From: Gammaproteobacteria bacterium
Lineage (GTDB): Bacteria > Pseudomonadota > Gammaproteobacteria > Steroidobacterales > Steroidobacteraceae
Direction of reading: 5' to 3'
Length of the DNA: 64,000 nucleotides
Assembly: GCA_025357835.1 (NCBI GenBank)
Contig: JANYLM010000086.1
Coordinates: forward strand, 2,009-66,008
Numbering within the stretch: position 1 is the stretch's first letter; every line of letters starts with the position of its first letter. Of this stretch, positions 10,245-20,165 are shown one piece after another. Made by a program: the position numbers and the translations under genes. Below the pieces are notes generated by a model, which saw only the letters and a program-made list of their open reading frames with translations, had not been told where the DNA came from and did no database searches.

Positions 10245-10805
10245 TCAAGCTCTTTGTGCGGGAGTCTCCGATAGTTTCTTCACGCTGCTAAAAGGATTGG
10301 CGAAGTGCGAATCAATGGCCACCAATGTGGCGTCCGGATGCTTTTCCTGCATCATCTTGCGCACCGCTGCTTCGCGATGCTTGCGGACATAAACCAATAT
10401 TAGATACTTGCCCGCGACCAGGTCGTCGTGAAACTTGGCAAGCTTCTTATGTTCGCTATCGATTCCAACCAGGCCGCCCTCCCAAGCGCCGAATAAGGTG
10501 GCCGCACCCACGAGAATTGCATAGACGATGGTTGGAACTTCATAAATGCCGAACGGCTTCAAGTAGATCAGCAATGCAACGCCTGCCAATCCGATGAGGA
10601 ATCCCATCGCTGCACCAATGAATCCATCGCGAACGATGTCCAGGGTCTCGAAGTAGTTGCTGGAGTGGATTTGGTGCTTCTTCAGCCCATGCTCATCGCG
10701 GCAAATGACGTGCAGGTAGAAATCCCTGACGCCAACCGCGTGGAGATCGGCAGACACCTGATGAGTGCTTGCCAAAGTGGGAGTGAGAAAGTAGATGCAC
10801 TTCAT
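10245..10805 (-). CDS. Hypothetical membrane protein (two central TM helices flanked by about 60-aa soluble domains)
   Basis: Start re-set to the ATG at 10805 (MKCIYFLTP...), which is preceded by GGGGGAAG. The TM pair is GFIGAAMGFLIGLAGVALLIYL / IVYAILVGAATLFGAW. It ends 34 nt upstream of the alternative oxidase operon on the same strand. Confidence 0.6.
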   Translation of the reverse strand: MKCIYFLTPTLASTHQVSADLHAVGVRDFYLHVICRDEHGLKKHQIHSSNYFETLDIVRDGFIGAAMGFLIGLAGVALLIYLKPFGIYEVPTIVYAILVGAATLFGAWEGGLVGIDSEHKKLAKFHDDLVAGKYLILVYVRKHREAAVRKMMQEKHPDATLVAIDSHFANPFSSVKKLSETPAQRA

Positions 10806-11069
10806 GGTCTTCCCCCGCGCTATTTCTTGCGGCAACCGATGAGCTAAATCACTTCACCCAAAACTCGAAGCTATTCTAAATTCTTGTTCCGAGTCACAGC
10901 CGCTGCGAGTGTGGCACACGCGTTTTCGCTTGGGAAGAGATATCCCGAGCCGGCGACGGCACTCGAACGTCTCCTTGTGCATCGCACCACGAGGATGATT
11001 CCTCATCGTAAGCGCCCAGATCGCCGCGTGCTAATATCTTGCAGCACTGATAAAGCTTGGGGGAACAAC

Positions 11070-11258
11070 ATGCATGTGCAATTTGTTGTGATCATTGCGG
11101 CTCTGCTCCTTACGGTGGTTGTAATGGCCTTGGGCCTGTTGTCGATGACCGGAGGCGGTACGACGGACGATGCAGCCAGCACGCCATTGATGTGGGCGCG
11201 CGTAGGGGCTCAGGCGCTGACGATATTGCTGCTGGTCATTGCTATTTTATCGCGCTGA
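11070..11258 (+). CDS. Twin transmembrane-helix small protein (HIG1-like)
   Basis: 62 aa: MHVQFVVIIAALLLTVVVMALGLLSMTGGG...LMWARVGAQALTILLLVIAILSR. It has two TM helices and an RxxxQ motif at the start of helix 2, with a GGGGGA RBS. The long listed ORF (10884) is upstream read-through. Confidence 0.7.
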   Translation: MHVQFVVIIAALLLTVVVMALGLLSMTGGGTTDDAASTPLMWARVGAQALTILLLVIAILSR

Positions 11259-11330
11259 CACGTTGGCTGTAACCGGATGCGTCGGGCCCTAAAAGGCCCT
11301 CGGCGCGCGGGCAGAGTTTAAGGAGTTACC

Positions 11331-11831
11331 GTGGCCCGGACCAAATCCTCGGATACCCATTTCTTCAATGCCTTTAGTTTGGTATTGGGCGCCCTTATTT
11401 TCTTCGCCATCGTCCTATTCGCCGTTGCGCGACTAATCGGCACGGATACTCAGGCGAAGGACCTGCAGCTCGATCCGCTCTACGCTAAGAGTGTCCTGAA
11501 AAACATAGCGCCATTCGCTCACGTGGCCATCGCGGGGCAGGACAATGCCGCCTTGGCCCTGCCCAAGAGCAATCTACCCGCGGCGGACGTTCCGAGCACC
11601 GGCGAACAGGCATACACGAAAGTATGTTCTGCCTGCCATGTGCTCGGCATCAATGGAGCACCGAAAGTCGGCGATCATGCAGCCTGGGGGCCGCGGATCG
11701 CCCAAGGCAAGGAAGCGCTTTACGCCCACGTCATCGCCGGCAAAGGCAATATGCCGCCGCGCGCCGGCACCACTTGGCCGGACGCCACCATTCACATGGC
11801 TGTCGACTACATGGTGTCGATCAACAAGTAA
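11331..11831 (+). CDS. Membrane-anchored cytochrome c5-family monohaem cytochrome
   Basis: GTG start preceded by an AAGGAG RBS. There is an N-terminal TM anchor and a C-terminal c5 block: CSACHVLGINGAPKVGDHAAWGPRIAQGKEALYAHVIAGKGNMPPR. Confidence 0.85.
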   Translation: MARTKSSDTHFFNAFSLVLGALIFFAIVLFAVARLIGTDTQAKDLQLDPLYAKSVLKNIAPFAHVAIAGQDNAALALPKSNLPAADVPSTGEQAYTKVCSACHVLGINGAPKVGDHAAWGPRIAQGKEALYAHVIAGKGNMPPRAGTTWPDATIHMAVDYMVSINK

Positions 11832-11964
11832 GAACAATCGCGCTTAGTTAAGCCTGATCTTCGACTGCCCGGAACTCGGCGCCTCACCGTGCGTCCGGCG
11901 GCGTCCAAGTCGACCTGACTACTGAATGAGTGCTCAGCGGTTTAGTCCTGGAAGTTTGCCGCGA

Positions 11965-12876
11965 CTACACCTTAAATAGAAAGTAGTGATCCACGATTAG
12001 CGCCGCGAACAACAGCATTAAGTAGGTGATGGAAAATTTGAAGGTGCGCATCGGCAGCTCGGGCCGCAGGCCGCGATTCAGCGCCAGCACGTAGTAAAGA
12101 AAGCGGCCATTGAGCAGCAGCGCAGCGGCCAAATAAATGAATCCGCTCATTCGGGTGAGATAGGGCAGTAGCGTGGTCAGCACCAGCAAGATGGTGTAAA
12201 GCACGATTTGCAAGCGCGTGTAGGCAATGCCATGGGTCACGGGCAGCATGGGAATGGCAGCCTTGGCATAGTCGTCGCGACGCGCGATCGCCAGGGCCCA
12301 AAAATGCGGCGGAGTCCAAGTGAAAATAATCAGGAACAAGAGCAGCGCGTGCGGGTCTATGGAGTTGGTGACTGCGGCCCAGCCGAGTACCGGCGGAGCC
12401 GCGCCCGCGGCGCCGCCGATCACGATGTTCTGGGGTGTGGCGCGCTTCAGCCACATCGTATAAACCATGGCGTAACCGATCAAGGAGCAGAAAGTCAGCG
12501 CCGCCGTGAGTACATTGACGAGCAGTCCCAAGATCAACATGGATACAAGCCCGAGTAGCACGGCGAACATTACGGCTTGGCGCTTCTGCAAATGTCCGGT
12601 GGGCAGCGGCCTGCGGCGCGTGCGCGCCATTTGCTCGTCGATACGGCGGTCGAGCACATGATTGAAGGCGGCGGCGGACCCCGAGGCCAGCGCAATGCCC
12701 ACGGTGCCAAACAGCAGAGCCGGCAGTGGCACCAGACCCGGCGACGCCAGCACCATGCCGACCACCGCGGTGAACACGATCAACAGGCTCACCTTGGGCT
12801 TGGTGAGCTCCAAGAAATCGCGCCATCGGCTGCTGCTGACGAGGGCAATAGAGGGGTTATCGGGCAGGGTCGGCAC
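11965..12876 (-). CDS. ctaB: Protohaem IX farnesyltransferase (haem O synthase)
   Basis: UbiA-superfamily polytopic protein with [42 protein letters not shown] and [12 protein letters not shown]. Confidence 0.95.
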   Translation of the reverse strand: MPTLPDNPSIALVSSSRWRDFLELTKPKVSLLIVFTAVVGMVLASPGLVPLPALLFGTVGIALASGSAAAFNHVLDRRIDEQMARTRRRPLPTGHLQKRQAVMFAVLLGLVSMLILGLLVNVLTAALTFCSLIGYAMVYTMWLKRATPQNIVIGGAAGAAPPVLGWAAVTNSIDPHALLLFLIIFTWTPPHFWALAIARRDDYAKAAIPMLPVTHGIAYTRLQIVLYTILLVLTTLLPYLTRMSGFIYLAAALLLNGRFLYYVLALNRGLRPELPMRTFKFSITYLMLLFAALIVDHYFLFKV

Positions 12877-13879
12877 GATGCAAGGGTACCATGCCGATTG
12901 CGGGCGCCGGCCACAGCGCGCGCAGCAAATTCACCAGCGTGATGACCAGAAAAGCGGCACCCGCATTGTGCAGAGTCGCCAACGCCAGGGGTACGCCCCA
13001 ATGCACGGTGGCCATGCCGATGCAAATCTGCAGTGCGACGGCGAGCACCAACAGCCGTCCGGCCAGTTTCAGACGCCGCGTCTTGGCGCGTCCGGCGGCG
13101 AAGACTCCCAGGCTGATCAGTATCGAGCCCGCCAGCAGCGCGCCCAGGCGATGTGTGAAGTGAATGGCGATGCGGGCGGGATTCGCCAGCACTCCGCCTT
13201 CGTAATCAATACCGAGCCCACGCGACAGTACGAAGGCATCCCGGAAGTCCATTGGCGGCCACCAGGAGTGTTGGCAGGTAGGCAAGTCCGGGCAGGCCAC
13301 TGCGGCGTAATTGCTGCTGGTCCAGCCGCCGAGTGCGATTTGCACTATCAATACGGCAAGACCGATCGCGGCAAATTTGCGTAAGGGTTCTTCTCGCTCT
13401 GCCAGCTGCCGCGTCTCCGGCGCCAGCGACAACCAGCACAACAACCCCAGCGTAGTGAGGCCGCCCAGCAGATGCGCCGTGACGATGAGAGGCTTGAGCA
13501 ACAAGGTCACCGTCAAAGCGCCCAAGGCGCCTTGCAGACACACGACGACGAATGCCAGAACGGCGGGCAGCAGTGGCTGGTCGCGATCTGCGCGGAATCG
13601 CACCGCCCAAATCATCAAGACGGCGATGAGTATTCCTAAGCTGCTCGCGAAATACCGGTGAATCATTTCGTGCAGTGCCTTGGCGAAATGAAAACTGGAG
13701 CGCGGATCCGCATGGCCGGAGTTCGGGTAGATATGCCCGTAACAGCCCGGCCAGTCAGGGCACCCCAGGCCGGCATCCGTGAGCCGCACCCATGCGCCGA
13801 GCACCACGACCGCGGCCGCCAGCACCGCGCCCGCGAGTGCCATTCTTCGGAACCAGTACAAACGTCGTTGCGGGTGCAT
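12857..13879 (-). CDS. ctaA: Haem A synthase (COX15/CtaA)
   Basis: 340 aa, polytopic, with the [12 protein letters not shown] motif and conserved His pairs ([14 protein letters not shown]). It overlaps the ctaB start by 20 nt. Confidence 0.9.
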   Translation of the reverse strand: MHPQRRLYWFRRMALAGAVLAAAVVVLGAWVRLTDAGLGCPDWPGCYGHIYPNSGHADPRSSFHFAKALHEMIHRYFASSLGILIAVLMIWAVRFRADRDQPLLPAVLAFVVVCLQGALGALTVTLLLKPLIVTAHLLGGLTTLGLLCWLSLAPETRQLAEREEPLRKFAAIGLAVLIVQIALGGWTSSNYAAVACPDLPTCQHSWWPPMDFRDAFVLSRGLGIDYEGGVLANPARIAIHFTHRLGALLAGSILISLGVFAAGRAKTRRLKLAGRLLVLAVALQICIGMATVHWGVPLALATLHNAGAAFLVITLVNLLRALWPAPAIGMVPLHRADPAR

Positions 13880-13882
13880 CGT

Positions 13883-14494
13883 CTAGCCTATGGAGGAAAG
13901 CCGCAGTAGGCGCTTCATGTCTTCGAGCATACCCTTCGATTTTGCCTCAGCGGCATAGGACATCATGAGATTGCCCAGCGGGTCGATCAAATAAACACGT
14001 GGCGCAGGGCTGGCGCTGATGCCGCTCCGTCCCGGCAGGAGGGCGAGCAGGGGCGCCGCAGCCGCGCTCGCGCGAATGGTGATCAAGTCCGGGTGTTGTT
14101 CGTGAAGAAACGGCGCAGCGCAGCAGTCGGCATCGGCAATGAATACGCGCTGCACGCGAATCATGTCGCGATCCAAGGCGAGGCGGACCTGGCGCGTGTC
14201 ATAGAGACGGCTGCGGCAGACCTCGGCACAGGGACCGGATACCACGTACAACAAAGTCCACTTACCCTTCAAGAAGTTCGGATCAGCGTCGCCGGAGCTC
14301 AAGAGAGGCAAGGTCACCGACGGCAAAGGCCGCGCCGGCTCGATCAACTCGCCCGCATTGACGTGGCCGACCGGATGCCAGGTGCCGTGACCGTAGTACA
14401 AAAAGAAAGCCAGCCCCAATGGCGCGAAAAACAGCAGAGCCAGAGCGATCAGCAAGCGTCGTTGACGGCGGTCCTGGGGGCTCATGTCGGTCAT
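13883..14494 (-). CDS. Membrane-anchored thioredoxin-fold protein with a CxxxC motif (SCO-like cytochrome oxidase biogenesis protein)
   Basis: Start re-set to the ATG at 14494, which overlaps the SURF1 stop (ATGA). An N-terminal TM helix (LLIALALLFFAPLGLAFFLYY) is followed by KGKWTLLYVVSGPCAEVCRSRL. It occupies the conserved slot between SURF1 and ctaA. Confidence 0.65.
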   Translation of the reverse strand: MTDMSPQDRRQRRLLIALALLFFAPLGLAFFLYYGHGTWHPVGHVNAGELIEPARPLPSVTLPLLSSGDADPNFLKGKWTLLYVVSGPCAEVCRSRLYDTRQVRLALDRDMIRVQRVFIADADCCAAPFLHEQHPDLITIRASAAAAPLLALLPGRSGISASPAPRVYLIDPLGNLMMSYAAEAKSKGMLEDMKRLLRLSSIG

Positions 14495-15246
14495 GTCGGC
14501 CCGCGGGGGCGGCGCCCGTCGGCGCTGTCGCGGCGTAGGTTGGTGACCACCCAGATGATGCCCAAGGTCAGCGCCAGAGCGAACCACTGCACCGCATAGG
14601 CGATGTGACGCAGGGGTGGAAATTCGGGTGCCGACCAATTGCGCACATAGCCATCGGGTTCGCCGGGGTCGAGCAGCACCAAATCCGTCGCGGAGGACCA
14701 AGAGGATTCACGCAACAGCCGCGCTACTTCATCGTGACTGGGAAAGCTCGCCACCACGGGATAGGGCGGCGCGAGCTGCGCCTTGGTGCCCATCTGAATG
14801 CCGGGGCTGGGCATGTGATCGGCGCGGCCGCGTACTTGGCGAGTCTCGCCGGCGACAGGAATGGCCGGCCGCTCCGCGCGGCTTGCTCCCAAGGGCACCC
14901 AGCCGCGATTCACCAATACCCAGCCGCCGCCCGTCAGCGCGAACGGCGTAATCACGAAATAGCCGGCCCGGCCGCCACTGACCATGTTGTCGATCAAAAC
15001 CTGCCGCGCCTGATCGTAGTGTCCGACCGCCTCTATGTGCTGGTAGCGCCTCAAGGGAGTAGTGCCGAGATCGATCAGCCGTGTGGTATCCGTGCCCGCC
15101 GCGAACGCATCGAACAGCGCCTGCTTCTGTTCGGCGCGGCGCAATTGCCAGCGGCCAAGCGATATCAGCAGCGCGATCAGAACCACGGTGAGCAGCGTCG
15201 TAATTACACGCGGCGCGAAGATGCGGGAGCCGATTTTAATTGACAC
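14491..15246 (-). CDS. SURF1 family cytochrome oxidase assembly protein
   Basis: Contains ITTLLTVVLIALLISLGRWQLRRAEQKQ, GYFVITPF, VLVNRGWVP and C-terminal HIAYAVQWFALAL. The GTG at 15246 was chosen as start because the listed upstream part overlaps the divergent small gene. Confidence 0.85.
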   Translation of the reverse strand: MSIKIGSRIFAPRVITTLLTVVLIALLISLGRWQLRRAEQKQALFDAFAAGTDTTRLIDLGTTPLRRYQHIEAVGHYDQARQVLIDNMVSGGRAGYFVITPFALTGGGWVLVNRGWVPLGASRAERPAIPVAGETRQVRGRADHMPSPGIQMGTKAQLAPPYPVVASFPSHDEVARLLRESSWSSATDLVLLDPGEPDGYVRNWSAPEFPPLRHIAYAVQWFALALTLGIIWVVTNLRRDSADGRRPRGPT

Positions 15247-15286
15247 GTTATACTGTTTGCCCCCTGTGCAACATCGATGGGCGGCC

Positions 15287-15511
15287 GTGGTATTCAAATA
15301 TATCGTCGTGGCGATGCTGGTGCTGATTTTGATCAGCCTCGGCAAAGCCCTGTTCCACTTGAGCAGCGGCAAAACCGACAATGGTGCCAAATTGGTCAAG
15401 GCATTGGCCTGGCGCATCGGCCTGTCGGTGGCGCTGTTCGTGCTGCTGCTCGTCGCCTATTACAGCGGCTGGATCGAACCGCGGCACATGGGCCTAAGCT
15501 ACAGCCAGTAG
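15287..15511 (+). CDS. Twin transmembrane-helix small protein (DUF2909/HIG1-like)
   Basis: VVFKYIVVAMLVLILISLGKALFHLSSGKTDNGAKLVKALAWRIGLSVALFVLLLVAYYSGWIEP. The start is the GTG at 15287 (alternative ATG at 15314). It lies on the opposite strand between SURF1 and coxC, and its 3' end overlaps the coxC 3' end by 13 nt. Confidence 0.65.
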   Translation: MVFKYIVVAMLVLILISLGKALFHLSSGKTDNGAKLVKALAWRIGLSVALFVLLLVAYYSGWIEPRHMGLSYSQ

Positions 15512-16392
15512 ACGAAGATAAACAACCCCAGCCACACCACATCGACGAAGTGCCAGTACCAGGCAACGGCCTCGAAGCCAAAATGGCGCTGAGGGGTGAA
15601 ATGTCCCTTCATCACCCGGAACCAGATGACCGTCAGCATGATGGCACCCAGGGTAACGTGCATGCCGTGAAACCCGGTGAGCATAAAAAACGTCGAGCCA
15701 TAGATGCCGGTGCCGAGCTGCAATCCGAGTTCGGTATAGGCCTCGTGATATTCCACCGCCTGGAAGCCGACAAAGGTAAAGCCCAGTAAAAAGGTCAGGG
15801 CCAGGAAGATTTTTAGTTGGGTCCGATGGCCTGCGATCAGGGCGTGGTGCGCGATCGTGACCGTGATGCTGCTGGTGAGTAGGATGGCGGTGTTGATCGC
15901 GGGGAGTCCCAGCGCGGAAACAGTTTCAAAGGAACCATTGGCTCGCGGCCCTAAAGTGGACGGACCGTTGCTCGGCCACGCCCCGCCGTAGTCGTTCCAC
16001 AGCAGCAATTTAGTGAAGATTTTCGTGCCGTGCCCCGAGAGCCAGGGAACGGACAAGCTGCGCGCATAGAACAGCGCGCCGAAGAAGGCGGCAAAGAACA
16101 TCACTTCGGAGAATATGAACCACATCATTCCCATGCGGAACGAGCGGTCCACGGCCATGTTGTACATGCCCTTCTGATTCTCGCCGATGACGGTGTGGAA
16201 CCAGAAAATGAACAGCAGCGCCAGCATTACCGCACCGGGAATCAAGGACCAAACCGGCAGCCATTCATCCAGAGTTGCGATGGCGCCCGCCATCAAAGTG
16301 AAAAGCGTTATGGATCCATAGATGGGCCACGGACTGCTGTGAGGGACATAGTACTTTTCTGCATCCGCGTGCGCTTGCGCCATGATTCTCAT
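15499..16392 (-). CDS. coxC: Cytochrome c oxidase subunit III
   Basis: Contains FFMLTGFHGMHVTLGAIML and C-terminal AWYWHFVDVVWLGLFIFVYWL, with 7 TM helices. Confidence 0.95.
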   Translation of the reverse strand: MRIMAQAHADAEKYYVPHSSPWPIYGSITLFTLMAGAIATLDEWLPVWSLIPGAVMLALLFIFWFHTVIGENQKGMYNMAVDRSFRMGMMWFIFSEVMFFAAFFGALFYARSLSVPWLSGHGTKIFTKLLLWNDYGGAWPSNGPSTLGPRANGSFETVSALGLPAINTAILLTSSITVTIAHHALIAGHRTQLKIFLALTFLLGFTFVGFQAVEYHEAYTELGLQLGTGIYGSTFFMLTGFHGMHVTLGAIMLTVIWFRVMKGHFTPQRHFGFEAVAWYWHFVDVVWLGLFIFVYWL

Positions 16393-16432
16393 CTCTAAAC
16401 GGTGAATGAAAACAGTAGTTTAAAGCGTTTGA

Positions 16433-16984
16433 CTAGCGAGGTGTAGCCGATTGAGTTGCGTCGTAGAAGGTGTACGCCAGGGTGAGCTTGTCCACATTGC
16501 TCGGCAACCCTGGGTCAACGATGAATCGCACCGGCATATCCCGCCCCTCTCCAGCGGCAAATTTTTGCGGGCTGAAACAGAAGCACTCGGTTTTATGGAA
16601 GTACTTGGCGGTGCCTGAGGGTGAAATGCTGGGAACGGCCTGGGCCACCGAAGCCTGCTGGGTCAGATTCTTGGCAAAGAATTCGGCGCTATAGAGCTTT
16701 CCCGGATGAATGCGCATGGACGCGACTTTCGGCCTAAAATCGAAGCTGCCCACTGACGCGGGCTGGGCTAGAAACTCGATGGTCACTTCTCGATTGGGAT
16801 CGATAGCCTCGGCCACCACCGACTTGCCCGCCTTGGCTTCCGCGTTCCCTATGCCGGCGGCTCTGCACAGGACGTCATACAGCGGCACCAGTGCCCAGCC
16901 GAACGCGAAGCTGCCGGCCGTCATGACAGCTAAGGCCCTGACCAGCTTGCGGTTGGCGCGCTTTTTCGGATCGAGCGGGTCCAT
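16433..16984 (-). CDS. ctaG: Cytochrome c oxidase assembly protein CtaG/Cox11 (CuB insertion)
   Basis: N-terminal TM anchor and the Cox11 copper motif [11 protein letters not shown]. Confidence 0.9.
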   Translation of the reverse strand: MDPLDPKKRANRKLVRALAVMTAGSFAFGWALVPLYDVLCRAAGIGNAEAKAGKSVVAEAIDPNREVTIEFLAQPASVGSFDFRPKVASMRIHPGKLYSAEFFAKNLTQQASVAQAVPSISPSGTAKYFHKTECFCFSPQKFAAGEGRDMPVRFIVDPGLPSNVDKLTLAYTFYDATQSATPR

Positions 16985-17121
16985 CAGTAATGACTGCGAA
17001 ACACCAACAAAGCGATGAACCCAAGATAAAACGCTATCGCCACACAGGCCAATCCCAAGGCGCCGTTGCGGATGCGGCGCCTGACCGATTCGCCCGATAC
17101 CACAGTCTGGTCCGCGCTCAT
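16984..17121 (-). CDS. Small single-TM protein (cytochrome oxidase small assembly protein-like)
   Basis: 45 aa: [45 protein letters not shown]. Its ATG overlaps the coxA stop (ATGA) and its stop overlaps the ctaG ATG (TGATG). Confidence 0.6.
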   Translation of the reverse strand: MSADQTVVSGESVRRRIRNGALGLACVAIAFYLGFIALLVFRSHY

Positions 17122-18713
17122 CGGACCTCGGGAGCCGTGGTGAAGCTGTGGTACGGCGCGGGTGACGGCAGAGTCCACTCCAGACCCGTGGGATGCGTTC
17201 CCTCCCAAACCACCGCCGTCGCCTTCTTGCCGCCGCGCGCGCACTGGATGATCACGACGGCAAACAGGATCTGAGACAGCCCGAAAGCGAACCCGCCGAT
17301 GGACGACACCATATTCCAGTCGGTGAATTGCACCGCGTAGTCGGGTATTCGCCGCGGCATGCCCGCGAGTCCCAGGAAATGCTGCGGGAAGAACAGCACA
17401 TTGACGAAAATGGCCGACAGCCAGAAATGCGTCTTAGCCAAGCCCATGCTGTACATATGACCGGTCCACTTCGGCAGCCAGTAGTACACCCCGGCCATGA
17501 TGCCGAATATTGCGCCTGGCACCAGCACATAGTGGAAGTGCGCGACCACGAAGTACGTTTGATTGTATTGGAAGTCCGCCGGGACGATGGCGAGCATCAG
17601 ACCGGAAAAGCCGCCGATGGAGAACAGGAACAGGAAGGCGATCGCGAACAGCATGGGGGGTTCGAAGCTCAGAGATCCCCGCCACATGGTTGCCGTCCAG
17701 TTGAATACTTTCACGCCGGTCGGTACCGCGATCAGCATGGTGGACATCATGTAGAACAATTGCGCCGCCACTGGCATGCCGTCCGCAAACATATGGTGGC
17801 CCCATACGATGAACGACAGGAATGCGATTGACGCAATGGCGTAGATCATCGATGTGGCACCGAACAATGGCTTGCGGGAAAAGGTCGGCAGGATCTCCGA
17901 AATGATGCCGAAGGCCGGCAGAATCATGATGTACACCTCGGGGTGCCCAAAGAACCAGAAAATGTGTTCGAACATGACCGGGTCGCCGCCGCCCGCCGCA
18001 TTGAAGAAACTGGTCTTGAAGAAATGATCGGTGAGCAGCATGGTCACGGCGCCGGCCAGGACCGGCATGACGGCGATCAGCAGGTAGGCTGTAATCAGCC
18101 AGGACCAGGTGAACAAGGGCATTTTGAGCAAATTCATGCCGGGAGCGCGCATGTTCATGATGGTCACGATCACATTGATCGCGCCCATGATGGAGGAGAT
18201 ACCCATCATGTGAATCGCGAAGATCAGCATGGGAAAGCTGTCGCCGGTCTGCAAGGACAGGGGTGGGTACAGCGTCCAGCCGCCCGCCGCCATTCCACCC
18301 GGTACGAATAGAGTGGATAGGAGCAGGGTGAATGCAAACGGCAGGATCCAGAAACTAAAATTGTTCATGCGCGGCAAGGCCATGTCGGGCGCGCCGATTT
18401 GCAGCGGAATCATCCAATTGGCGAGGCCGACGAAAGCCGGCATGACGGCGCCGAAAATCATGATCAACGCATGATTGGTGGTCATTTGATTGAAGAACAC
18501 CGGGTCCACGAGCTGCAGGCCGGGTTGAAACAATTCCGCCCGAATCACCATCGCCATTGCGCCGCCGATGAAAAACATGATCAGGCTGAACACCAAGTAC
18601 ATGGTGCCGATGTCTTTGTGGTTGGTCGCGAACAGCCAACGCTTGATCCCCTTCGCGGGTTCATCGTGGTGGTCGTCGTGATGAGCGGTGTCGCTCGAGT
18701 GGGCATTGGCCAT
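17118..18713 (-). CDS. coxA: Cytochrome c oxidase subunit I (aa3-type)
   Basis: Start re-set to the ATG at 18713 ([40 protein letters not shown]). Contains [25 protein letters not shown] and VVAHFHYVL. Confidence 0.95.
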   Translation of the reverse strand: MANAHSSDTAHHDDHHDEPAKGIKRWLFATNHKDIGTMYLVFSLIMFFIGGAMAMVIRAELFQPGLQLVDPVFFNQMTTNHALIMIFGAVMPAFVGLANWMIPLQIGAPDMALPRMNNFSFWILPFAFTLLLSTLFVPGGMAAGGWTLYPPLSLQTGDSFPMLIFAIHMMGISSIMGAINVIVTIMNMRAPGMNLLKMPLFTWSWLITAYLLIAVMPVLAGAVTMLLTDHFFKTSFFNAAGGGDPVMFEHIFWFFGHPEVYIMILPAFGIISEILPTFSRKPLFGATSMIYAIASIAFLSFIVWGHHMFADGMPVAAQLFYMMSTMLIAVPTGVKVFNWTATMWRGSLSFEPPMLFAIAFLFLFSIGGFSGLMLAIVPADFQYNQTYFVVAHFHYVLVPGAIFGIMAGVYYWLPKWTGHMYSMGLAKTHFWLSAIFVNVLFFPQHFLGLAGMPRRIPDYAVQFTDWNMVSSIGGFAFGLSQILFAVVIIQCARGGKKATAVVWEGTHPTGLEWTLPSPAPYHSFTTAPEVR

Positions 18714-18750
18714 GGTGCAATAGCTCTCTTGTAAAGGATCCGGTGCTTGA

Positions 18751-19665
18751 TTAATGGGTCGACAGTAGTTGCGCTGAAGGCGGCGGATCGCTCGCCGGCG
18801 CCGCCGCCTGCTTGACCGCGGTTTTCTGCTCCTCGACCCATTTCTTGAAATCGTCGGGAGTTCGCACGTCCACGACAATGGGCATGAAGCCATGGTCACG
18901 GCCGCACAGCGCGGCGCACTGTCCGCGATAAATACCCTCTTTGCCGGGGTCGACCCTAAACCATAATTCATTGACGAATCCCGGGATGGCGGAGCGCTTG
19001 GCGCCGAAATCGGGGACCCACCAGGCGTGGATCACATCCTGGGAAGTCAGCAGCAAGCGCACCTTGGTGCCGCTGGGGATGACCATGGGCTTATCGACCT
19101 CCAAGAGATAGTTGGGCACGGTCGCAGGATCGATGCCCGAATGCAGCTGGCGCGCAAAATTCGAATCGCGTGCCAGGGTCGAGAAGAAGTTGATCCCCTC
19201 GCCCGCGTCCATGTATTGGTACTGCCACTTCCATTGGTAGGCGGTGACCCGGATCGACAATTCCGAGTTGCGCGTGTCCTCCATCATTAGGATGACTTTC
19301 GCGGCCGGAATCGCCATCACGACCAGGATCACGACCGGAATGATGGTCCAAATGATCTCCACCTTGGTGCTATGCACCATCTCGGTGTCGGGTATGGCTC
19401 CCTGGGAGCGGCGGAATTTTACCAGGGCATAAATCATCACCCCGAACACGGCCACCGCGATGCCGACGCAGACCCAAAAGACTTCCATATGCAGGGCGTA
19501 GATATCACGGCTCAAACTGGTGACGCCGAGAGGCAGGTTGTAGCCATTCGAGGTATTGGCGCCGGCGTTGGTCGCCAACCCCAGGGCGGCTAGGCAGAGG
19601 GCTCGGGCCCAGGCTGGGCCGCGCGGCCGAGAATTGTCGTCATTGTCGCCTCTGGTAACACTCAT
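18751..19665 (-). CDS. coxB: Cytochrome c oxidase subunit II (CuA; no fused cytochrome c)
   Basis: Signal/TM region followed by a cupredoxin domain with DVIHAWWVPDFG ... CAALCGRDHGFM. Confidence 0.95.
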   Translation of the reverse strand: MSVTRGDNDDNSRPRGPAWARALCLAALGLATNAGANTSNGYNLPLGVTSLSRDIYALHMEVFWVCVGIAVAVFGVMIYALVKFRRSQGAIPDTEMVHSTKVEIIWTIIPVVILVVMAIPAAKVILMMEDTRNSELSIRVTAYQWKWQYQYMDAGEGINFFSTLARDSNFARQLHSGIDPATVPNYLLEVDKPMVIPSGTKVRLLLTSQDVIHAWWVPDFGAKRSAIPGFVNELWFRVDPGKEGIYRGQCAALCGRDHGFMPIVVDVRTPDDFKKWVEEQKTAVKQAAAPASDPPPSAQLLSTH

Positions 19666-20160
19666 CTAAATCCGATCCCCTTTTCTATCGATTTCAAGCG
19701 GCGGCGACTCATTCATGCCGCCCACCAAATAACGTAAACGCTCCGCCAGGCGGCAGCGGTCTTCCTCGGTCAGGAAACTGCCCACTTCGTACGCCACTCC
19801 ACAAGTCTCGATCGTCAATCTGCTCGAGCCATTGCGCCGCGGCGGACTGCGGAGTCTAACCTTCGCCCAATGCCGCGCAAACTCTTGTTTTTGCGCGCCG
19901 CGCCGCGAACGCGTCACGAGACTGATTTGTGAGTCTGTTATCAGCACCGTTTGCGTGTACTTGCCACGCTGCATGCTGGCTCGCAGGGCGAGCCCGAGCG
20001 CCAGCATTTCAAGCGCCCAAAACGGTAGCACCGGCCACAACCCTTGGAACACAAAAACCAACGCAAAACCCAGGGAAAACAGGCATGTAGAGCCAAAGAA
20101 AAGCAAGGCACCCACGGGCTTCAGTGAACAATTCGGCGCCAGTTCGATGCGCTGTTCCAT
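19666..20160 (-). CDS. DUF2244-type integral membrane protein commonly found upstream of coxB
   Basis: Contains IELAPNCSL, two TM helices (ALLFFGSTCLFSLGFALVFVF, PVLPFWALEMLALGLAL) and a soluble C-terminal half. Its stop abuts the coxB ATG. Confidence 0.7.
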   Translation of the reverse strand: MEQRIELAPNCSLKPVGALLFFGSTCLFSLGFALVFVFQGLWPVLPFWALEMLALGLALRASMQRGKYTQTVLITDSQISLVTRSRRGAQKQEFARHWAKVRLRSPPRRNGSSRLTIETCGVAYEVGSFLTEEDRCRLAERLRYLVGGMNESPPLEIDRKGDRI

Positions 20161-20165
20161 GCCTT

